Below, piece after piece: positions 40,441 to 50,300 of a stretch of DNA of 64,000 nt. The notes under the pieces are model-generated. The model saw nothing but the letters and a program-made list of their open reading frames with translations. It had not been told where the DNA came from and did no database searches. Numbering within the stretch: position 1 is the stretch's first letter; every line of letters begins with the position of its first letter. The stretch lies in assembly GCF_033153115.1 (NCBI RefSeq), contig NW_026889809.1, positions 4,898,001 to 4,962,000 on the forward strand, written 5' to 3'. The DNA is from Saccostrea echinata. Taxonomy: Eukaryota. The translations under genes and the position numbers were made by a program.

Positions 40441-41659
40441 TAAAAGACAGTGTCCAAAATACTACATAGATAAAGATGCTTATGTAGATAACTAGTACAA
40501 AACAGCAACACAGTATACAGGTAAGAAAAGGACAGTGTCCAAAATACTACATAGATAAAGATGCTTATGTAGAGAACTAGTACAAAACAGCAACACAGTA
40601 TACAGGTAAGAAAAGGACAGTGTCCAAAATACTACATAGATAAGATGCTTATGTAGATAACTAGTACAAAACAGCAACACAGTATACAGGTAAGAAAAGT
40701 ACAGTGTCCAAAATACTACATAGATAAAGATGCTTATGTAGATAATTAGTACAAAACAGCAACACAGTATACAGGTAAGAAAAGGACAGTGTCCAAAATA
40801 CTACATAGATAAAGATGCTTATGTAGATAACTAGTACAAAACAGCAACACAGTATACAGGTAAGAAAAGTACAGTGTCCAAAATACTACATAGATAAAGA
40901 TGCTTATGTAGATAATTAGTACAAAACAGCAACACAGTATACAGGTAAGAAAAGGACAGTGTCCAAAATACTACATAGATAAAGATGCTTATGTAGATAA
41001 CTAGTACAAAACATTAATATAGTATCCGAATTCTGCAATTTTACATTTCATTGATAGAATTTTAAAAAAAAATTAACTGAACACGTTCTTGATGAGAATA
41101 AATATAGGGAATTTTTATTTATTCATTTTTTATGAATTTAGAACAGATGGTCATTAGGCCTTAAAGAATGCTTTCTGATTACGACATTTATAAAAAAGAA
41201 TTTACATTTCAAATATTTTAAAAAGCACTTTAAGTAAGTACATGCATGTACAGAGACTTACTTTAAGTAACCTTTAAATAAGATGTAAAATTAAATTTGA
41301 CTTTTAAAAGGCTAATATATGGTCCATAATAATCTGTAATTTTGACAATGTGATGTAAGTAAAGGAGTATGTTCAGGATCGTTAAAAAATCTATTTTCAA
41401 GAAAACCATCATTTATTTCGACAGGTATGTCCAAAGACATACATCACTCGAACATTTTCGTAAACATTAATTTTTCAAAGATTTCTTGAATAATAATTAT
41501 AGAAAACCTTGAATATTTTCATGAGTTTCCGTTTCGATGAATAGGTAAATCACTCATTGCTGTCCAGGGGATTACGAAGTCGCCAAAGTAAACTTTGCTT
41601 ATGCCTTCGGAGTTAAAAAAGTATCTTAAAGGTGATAAGAATTTTGACTTAAGTCTATG

Positions 41660-42100
41660 AGAATGAAAAAGTGAAGATAACGAATAGTTATCAAACTCAT
41701 AAATCCAGTAAAGAAACGAATCGTAAACAGAGCAAAAAGAAGGGCCTATGGAGACACTGAGGTGAGATCAGGTGCCTAGGAGGAGTAAGCATTCCATCAC
41801 GTCCATCGCGAGCCCTCTGTTTTGATAAGGTGAATGGAGTTTATTTTAGTCAAATGGGTATAAAAACTGTAGTTTAACAACTGTTGGGAAACAAGTCAAA
41901 ATACGACCCAACCATAGGTTGCTTGCAAACAATGTCATTATAACGACCATAAAATTTGCAATACGCTTGCTTTAAACGAGATAGTTGAAAACCTGTAAGA
42001 TCAACTTATTCCTCGGTAGCCTACCTCGGTTTAAAAACTGATCGTACTCAGAACGTGGTCTTGCGTATCGCATTAGTTGGGAGACATATAATAACAACAT
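41660..42100 (-). mobile_element. Penelope-like 3' fragment
   Basis: GAGGTGAGATCAGGTGCCTAGGAGGAGTAAGCAT (reverse-complemented 3' motif) and degraded RT tail. Confidence 0.7.
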
Positions 42101-42298
42101 ATGCTAAGATTATAACTGTTTAATTATCAGGCTAGGCCCTATGTCTTTAAATGGGTTATTTTCGGAATCACTATAACTTAAGCAACGAAGGGAAAATACA
42201 TTTGTCTGTCAATTTTTTTTTCTCCATGGAAATTCATTGTACATATATATAGAAACTTACCGACCATATCGCATTAAAAAAAAAACGTTCTCTTTTAG

Positions 42299-45200
42299 AT
42301 ATTTTCATCAACGTGAATAAACCATTCGCCTATATTGGAGATAATGATGTAACAATACGATGTGAAGCCCAAGGCACAAAAATTGTAAAAGCTGAATGGA
42401 TAACGTTACTGTTAGAAGGTCACTCATATGAAAGGCCCATGGTCAATATGGTCAAAGCACCGACTGGTCACGTGTTTGAGTGGGGAGAAGCGTTCAATGT
42501 GACTGACCTTCAGCAGAGGATGTCCGTTAATGGAAGCCTGGAAGGCACCGTTTTTCTACAGCTGGATATTCACGAGGCTAAGTTTGAAGACGGTGGGAGA
42601 TACACGTGTAATTATGGAGGATTGGATAAAAATGATAGGTTCCTGGAATTCCACGAATCTGAAGATTTCTTTGTACAGTGTAGGTACACAAAGATTACAT
42701 TAAGTTTGGTTAAAAAAAGAATTCTAAGAATTGTGTGCCATGGAAACACTGTAATCTGATTTTATTTTATTTCAGATCATATCATTCAAAGTAATTACAC
42801 CGGTGTTCTTAATCCAAATAAAGGTGATTGCATATCTTTCTTTTTATAACTCTATATGTAATTTACAATTATGCATAATATGTCTCTCCCAGCATATTTG
42901 TAAACAAAACAACTGAAAAAATAACAAAATTCATAAAAAAAACCCCATATATAGACACTAATTTAAGTCGGCGCCCTCATACATAGCATACCTCATACAT
43001 ACCATAAACCTGTATTACAATGTTGTAGATATTCTCATTACCATTAACAAGCTGTCAGCTTATATTGGCGAGTCTGGAGTTCGTTTAAGGTGTGAATCCC
43101 CAGGAAACGTAATCATAGACCCAAAATGGATATCAATAATGGTCGAGGGCGTAAAATACCAAAGTCCTCTAGCAAACATGTTCAGACCTATAAATAGCAC
43201 AAGAGGTTTGTTCGAATGGAGCGACGAATTCAACATCACTGATCTACAGAATCGAGTTATGTATTCCGGAAGTCTAACAGCAGCAAATCCATATATGGAG
43301 CTTGAGTTCAAGGAAATTAAATGTGAGGATAGCGGCCGATACACCTGTATACTAAATGGATTGGACAGCACGGGAAATTTGACTCAGTTTTCTAGTTCTG
43401 CCGATTTTATTGTCAAGTGTGAGTACTGTTCACTATATTCATAAATAAATCAGTATTGTTTGATTGAATTTGTAGTAAGTATACTGCTCTTCTAAAAAGA
43501 GACCCTTGGGCAATGAAGCTCACTTAAGTAGTCTCGCACATCACAAATGATAATCTCTTTCTCTCTTATCTCACATCAAAGTGTCATGTTCCAACAAAAT
43601 TAAACCAACAGGAGATGAGGGTACTTGAAATACTCAACATTCAGCTTGCATGGCTTTGTTATTATTGATATTTTTCCTCTCAAGATTTTCAATATTTTCT
43701 GGTTCAATAAATAAAGGCCCCTTTTGCACGCTATCTCACAATATCTGGCCTGCATAATAGAATTACACTTGTATATTAATTTGAAGCTTGTTGGGAAATA
43801 TTTAAGCGATCTTTATCCTCCATTCTTTGGTAAAATACTGAAGCTTTGCGTGGCTCGATTACAACCGACGAGGATGAGCTTCGATTTGAATCTGTACTAC
43901 ATTGGAATACTGGTATAAATTATTGTAAAATCAAGTGACTCCAAACCTTAAATTCAGTCATTAAAAATGTGAATTTACAATATTTATGAACGCCTATTTA
44001 TGTTCATTGTTTTTACTGAATGAACATAATGAAGGAGAAAGCGAGCTCTAAACTTCTATATTTAAAATCGCAATTTTTGACTTGCTATTTTAAATTATTT
44101 TGACCTTAAATTACATTTTTTAAAATTCTTTTTAATCCGCTTCCCGTTGAACCTAATCTTCTTTATCCAAGATGGAAGGTGTTTGGTTAAAATGTGTACA
44201 GTTCTGAAGGTTATATTAGTTGATTCAATTATACATGTATTAACAAAAATCAGACACCGAACACATTTTGATTCATTAATAAGCTTTGGCTCAGATACAT
44301 GAAATATATGGAGATAACGAACAGTATTCAAGCTCAAAAGTCCATTAAACATTACAAAATAGGTGCAGAGCAAACACGGACCTCCAAAACATCAGAGGTG
44401 GGATCAGGTGCCATGGAGGAGTGAGCATCCCCTGCCGACCGGTCACACCCGCCGTGTGCTCCTTGTCATGATCGGGAAATAACGGAAAAATCCGTCACAA
44501 TTCAGTGTGTAAATAATGGCCTAACAATAAGTATGAAAAAAGTCAGTCAGCTTTTGACTTAATGTTAGATTGTATTTGAGCATTTGACTCAATGGTTATG
44601 ATAAATTGTATTTGCTGACAAGGTCATTGTATCGACCATAGAACTTACGAAATGATGACATGTACATGGAACCCATTCTGAGTACAAGAGATTTCAAACT
44701 ACGTTCAAAATACATTTGAGTGAAATTGTCCATTAATCCCATAGCAAGAGCTAGAAAAGTACATAGTATGAAATAATATTTCCCCTTTTCAACAGACTAT
44801 TTATATTGTATAGAGGTACATCCAAATTTGTAGCTTTAAATGGAGAACCGACTATCAAAGACAAACAAGACAGAGTGGTTCCCAATAATACAGCACTTCA
44901 CATTAGAACCGGTGGATTCATTTATTTCAACTGTGAAGGGGTAACTGGAAAACCCAAAATACCTATAGTCTGGACAGAATCAAACGGAACAACAGAAAGG
45001 GTGCTGAAGGAGGGAGATGGCGCCGTGTCTGGTATTTCTGTTCTAATACATTACCTTTAAAATAGTATATTATAATAATATCGGATATTATGAAACAAAT
45101 CTTCAAAAAGTATTTAAAACTTTTAAATTTCAATATTTTGGTTTAAATCTGTGTCATGTAGATTTAAAAACCAGGTAAATCAGTACTTTAAATGTGCAGC

Positions 45201-46768
45201 TAATGTAACTTTATAGCGATGTTCTTTTTGACTTTGACAGGGTTGGAAATTATCCCTGACGATGATATAATGTAGCTTTAATGATGTTCTTTTTGACTTT
45301 GACAGGATTGGAAATTATCCCTGACGATGATATAATGTAGCTTTAGTGATGCTCTTTTTGACTTTGACAGAGTTGGAAATTATCCCTGGCGATGATATAA
45401 TGTAGTTTTAGTGATGTTCTTTTTAACTTTGGCAGGGTTGGAAATTATCCCTGACGATGATAATAAGCTTTATAGTGATGTTCTTTTTAACTTTGGCAGG
45501 GTTGGAACTTATCCCTGACGATGATTTAATGTAGCTTTAATGATGTTCTTTTCGACTTTGGCAGGATTTGAAATTATCCCTGACGATGATAATTAGCTTT
45601 ATAATGATGTTCTTTTTGACTTTATCCCTGACGGTGATGAAATGTAGATTTAATGATGCTCCTTTTGACTTTGAAAGGGTTGGAAATTATCCTTGACGAT
45701 GATATAATGTAGCTTTAGTGATGCTCTTTTTGACTTTGGCAGGATTGGAAATTATCCCTGACGATGATTTATGTAGATTCCATTCCCAAGTCCATCTGTA
45801 TTATATTGTACCAGACAAACCCGTCACAATAACGTGTAAGATAGCATTCTCTGTGACTATGGTGCACATCATCCCCGCAGGTCAAACTGTAAACCACAAC
45901 AAGACGCAACATACACAAATGGTAACCAACAGCTTATCTGTCGTGACACCAGCCGCTACTGTACCACCTCAATTCAGCAACAGAACAACAATACAGTCTA
46001 CATCTTCAACATCTGCATCATTAACATCAACAACGTTAATGACAGTGCCAAGAAGTACATTTGGACCAACTTCTAACTCAATACTGCTAACATCAACAAC
46101 TGCGCCATCAACAACAAAATCAACATTTTTAACTTCAACAACAGCAACAACTAAATCAAAATTGCTAACTTCAGCAACAGCAACAACGACTAAATCAACA
46201 CTATTAACGTCAACAACAGTCATGCCAACAACTAAATCAACATTGTTAACGTCAACAACAGTCGTACCAACAACTAAATCAACATTGTTAACTTCAACAA
46301 TAGCAGCACCAACGACAACTATAACTTCTACGCTGTCTCCGTCAGCACTATTAACTACAACAGCGGTGCCAACAAATACAGTAATACAAACAAAGTCACC
46401 TTTAATACAATTACTATCGACATCAAGTCAAGCTGTGTATATCATTCACAAAAGAAGACATCAGAGTAAGTTACTAATTAAAGCTAGCATTTGTTTTATT
46501 GTAGTTTACACACAATCTAAAGCTAGCATTTGTTTTATTGTAGTTTACACACAATCCAATGAAACTATATACAAATACCCATAAGTACGTATTAACTTAC
46601 AGATCTAATGGGCGAATTTTTCACCATCTCATTTTACTATTGTAGAGGGGTTTAAAAATTGTCAAGCTTTACCAAGTTACCCAAATATCTTTTTGAATAT
46701 TGGTTTTTTTTTTTTTTTTTGTAGCTGACCTCCATGAGAGACGTGTTTCTCAGAGAGATAAAGAATAA
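42299..46768 (+). CDS. Ig-domain mucin-like protein (V + V + Ig + Thr/Ser-rich stalk), paralog of the 28195-30009 gene; exons 42299-42679, 42776-42823, 43029-43418, 44834-45031, 45743-46465, 46725-46768; 5' exon not located
   Basis: Phase-1 GT-AG exons; V domains with AYIG..IRC/LRC..W..EW.E.FN.TDLQ.R..EDGGRYTC; CEGVTGKPKIPIVW and GLEIIPDDDLC..VHLYY..CKIAF match gene 1; long Thr-rich tract; no transmembrane helix seen. Confidence 0.78.
44300..44660 (-). mobile_element. Penelope-like 3' fragment in an Ig gene intron
   Basis: Near-identical reverse complement of 3180-3505. Confidence 0.8.
45205..45775 (+). repeat. ~65-bp tandem repeat (9 units) spanning a splice acceptor and the first codons of an exon
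   Basis: Unit GATGTTCTTTTTGACTTTGACAG|GGTTGGAAATTATCCCTGACGATGATATAATGTAGCTTTA; AG ends at 45240, 45305, 45370, 45435, 45499, 45564, 45677 and 45742; unit 7 has lost its AG by deletion. Confidence 0.93.
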
Positions 46769-47366
46769 ACGTCAATGTACAAAGACATTACATTAATTAG
46801 ACTGGAATGAAATCAAAGAAACTGTGTCACTGTCTTTTTTAATGCAAATTAGATAAAAATAAGGAAGAATCATATCATTGCATAGACTGACACCTGTAAG
46901 TTGTTTGTCTTTACCAGTCACAGCTGTTGTTTTATACTCCTGTCACATTTATATTATTGTTCAGACATTAAATTTTCTCTCTAAGAGAACAAGTGTACTG
47001 TTGACAGCTTCAAACTTTTTAACAAAAAAAGACAAACAGTAAATACTTTGTTAAAAGTTTATCTCAAGTAAATAAAATAAATACTAATCAAAAAATAGTT
47101 AAAAAACATCCTAGTTTTTAAATCTCACACTGTTCATGTATATTATGCATACTATATGAGTTTCTCCTATATCTTTAAAGATAACTCAATGTACATTTCT
47201 TTAGTCAAAGAAATAAAATATCTGAATCAAAAATAACTTTCATAACAACTGAGTAGATAATCTATTGCAAATATTACATAACACAACCTTACAATGTACT
47301 GTAGGTCCTTGGACTATTAGAAGTAGAAAGAAAGAGCTCCTCATGAACTTTTTATCACAGATTAAA

Positions 47367-50300
47367 TTAGAGAAATGCACTGTATGTGGACTCACGATTA
47401 TTGTTGACTTCCATATTTTTGCAAAAATCACCTGTGAGTGGAATACAGTTAAAGTATTGACACCCAGGACAGTCATACAAGGGTAAGACATAAAATAAAA
47501 CCACCAGTATAATAAACAAGAAAATGGCCCCTCCCAGGGAAAGAATAATCCCAATAATTTTCCGTCGACGGTCGAATTCTCCAAACGACACGTACGGTAA
47601 CAGAGAAAAGGCTAACAGGAATCCAAACAGGAAACCGCAGACATGGGCCCAGTTGTCAATCCAGGGCAGCAGACCCAGGATGAAGAGAAAGATGATGAAA
47701 CCGCCTATTTTTAGAACAGCCAGACATGGTGTTTTTAACATCTGAATACTCTGTAGAACCTCCACAAGTAGACAGGCGAGGATTCCGAACTGACAGCCTG
47801 CAGGACCCACCTAATACAAGGCAAGGTCAAAGAATATACTACAGGTGAAACTCTTACATTATACAAACTGGCTGGTAATTATTTCCAAAATCTTTTCTAA
47901 CAATGCTAACAAGAAAAACATTCAGTGGATTATTAATAATGAATTAAAAATAAAATACTAGTTAAACAATGAAAAGTAAGAATGTGGCTGAGTTACCTCT
48001 ACGTGATATGGTAGGAAAATGGAGCTGGCTAAATTCCCTGCTACACCACTTCCCAGATAAATAATAGCCAGTCTAATACAGCCAGTCAGTTTCTCAATGT
48101 CCCGCATAACCAGGAACTGGAAACCTATAGTGATCACCAGGTGAAACAACCTGTAAAAAAAAAAAATGAGATTATATCCTATTATCAATTCTACATGTTA
48201 GTTTTTCTAACACAGTTATTCTCCTTAATTAGTATTACCCTTAATTGATTAGCTTTATGAGGAATATAGCCATGCTGCTGTAAAAAAAAATATCAGAATC
48301 AATCCTTCGATCAGCCATTATAAATGTTATAAATACTGTGATTGGCCATTATAAATGTTATACATTGTAAATACTGTGATTGGCCAATATAAATGTTATA
48401 AAATTAATACTGTGATTGGCCATTATAAATGTTATAAAAACTGTGATTGGCCATTTTATGTCTGATATTTCTTGTAATTGGTTATTTTTGTGTAATTTAT
48501 AGTGACACACTAAACTTGAGCCAAGAGTACATATCTAAATCAGATAGTTTATAAATAAATGAACATACCCTCCATGCAAAAACAGAGATGTCCATAAGCG
48601 ATAGAACTGATCTGGTTTATTTTCATCAGCAAAATCCATCATTCCACAAATCTGTCCTAAGCAGTTAACCTATAAATAAAACACTCAATGCTATACTGGG
48701 TATACCATGAACATGCAAAAGTAGATTTGGAAACAGCCACACTAATCTGAAAACAACATCAATGTGAGAAAATATTTCATTGCATAGAAGACCACTTTGA
48801 GGCACTTTATTAAAGGCTCTTGGATTAAAATATTAAGATGGTTTACCTGTGAACACAGGTATTTGTCCTCGTGATAATAGCCCTCTATAAAGTTACAGTG
48901 CTCTCGAGTGGTAATCATACACTCTCCTTGGATACCATGGCAACAAGGTCGACCTGTGATGTCACAACTCATATGTCGGTCAATTTTGGAGGACACATTG
49001 GACACTGGTTTTCCTGTATCTTCACAGTACTGTAATTAACAAAATGATTTATATGATGACCATCACTCTATTGGAATAAGTTTTCAGATACAGTATTTCT
49101 TGGTATGGTTGTCTTTATGGTACTTACTGGCCACTTTGTGATGTCTGCTTTGTCCCACTCAAAAGGCGCCACAGAAGCTGGTTTATTGCAGTATCTACAA
49201 TTCATATATTATACTAGTACCTACTGATATGTAAATAAAATAATGAAGTAGATATGGTTATCTATTAAAGTACAACGTATCTTGATGTTTTAAGTTGAAT
49301 GAAACTTTGAATTTAAACATCACAAAATTTTATGCAATGTTCATAATTTCAATGTACATATAATGTACACATGATTTATATCTATGTACATATAATGTAC
49401 ACATGATTTATATCAATGTACATATAATGTACACGATTTATATCTATGTACATGTAATGTATACATGATTTATATCTATGGTTACATATAATGTACACAT
49501 GATTTATATCTATGTACATATAATGTACACATGATTTATATCTATGTACATATAATGTACACATGATTTAGATCTATGGTTACAGACAACTTTACATACT
49601 TTGGATCTTGTCCACACACTGAGCCTGCAGTGAATCCATTGTTTGTGGTAGCCATTGAAGCATTGTACTTGTGAAAGGTTGAGAGAACAGTCTGAAAATG
49701 TAATGAGTGTTAAAATAAGAGTCTTTACTCATTATACTGGTGCATTATCCAGCTGGCATATTAAAAGGGAGATAATCTTTTAACATAACATTTCAAGAGC
49801 AAGACCTATCATCAACTCTATCAGCTATTGCTAAAATAATTCAGTATATTATTCAAATAAGAAAAACCAAAACATGTATAGGTAAAGTAATGTTCTTGCA
49901 TTTAAGGGTAATAAATATGAATTAAAACGAACTACCAAGAATTACTACCATATAAGGTAAATAGCTTACACTACACTTGGATTTGACAGACTGTACACAT
50001 CCAGACCCATCATCACGGATACAGCATGCTGATTCCTTCTCCTCAGCGCGATCCTTATAGATTCCAGCCCAGATATTGTCGTCATGTCTCATACAGGGTG
50101 AATACTTAGCTCCGAGATGTATTAAGTCGGCCTTCAGGAAAACAATACATATGATACACAATTGTACCATCTCAATAAATATTAGTGTGAAATATGTATA
50201 AAAGCAGAGTGAATAGAAATATACTTGAACAAACCTGTTTTGGTCCAATCCACAGGTTGTCTTTTTCAACATATCTCACTGTTTCAAAAGCAAGGTTTGG

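Larger units (their letters stand above)
37755..41011. repeat. 85-bp tandem array (37755-38150 and 40442-41011) split by nested transposons
   Basis: Unit GTACAAAACAGCAACACAGTATACAGGTAAGAAAAGGACAGTGTCCAAAATACTACATAGATAAAGATGCTTATGTAGATAACTA at 37815, 37900, 37985 and 38070, then about 6-7 more copies after 40442. Confidence 0.93.

Noticed and set aside
37897-40680. Hydrophobic Cys/Tyr-rich minus-strand ORFs, and the ORFs at 1003-1197, 4258-4476, 36886-37190 and 54186-54920
   Set aside because: Translations of tandem repeats, microsatellites or transposon arms with no gene structure.
41369-41430. Candidate first exon for Ig gene 2 (ATGTTCAGG...GACAG|GTATGT)
   Set aside because: It ends in phase 2 rather than the required phase 1 and does not encode a hydrophobic signal peptide.
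45969-46223. Val-rich antisense ORF, and other antisense ORFs over the GPCR, iRhom and ZCCHC7 exons
   Set aside because: Shadow frames of real coding exons.
47790-47810. Cys in iRhom GPAGCQFG plus retained His, suggesting a reactivated Cys-His protease
   Set aside because: The nucleophile position (GxS) is GPA as in other iRhoms; the Cys lies two residues downstream of it.
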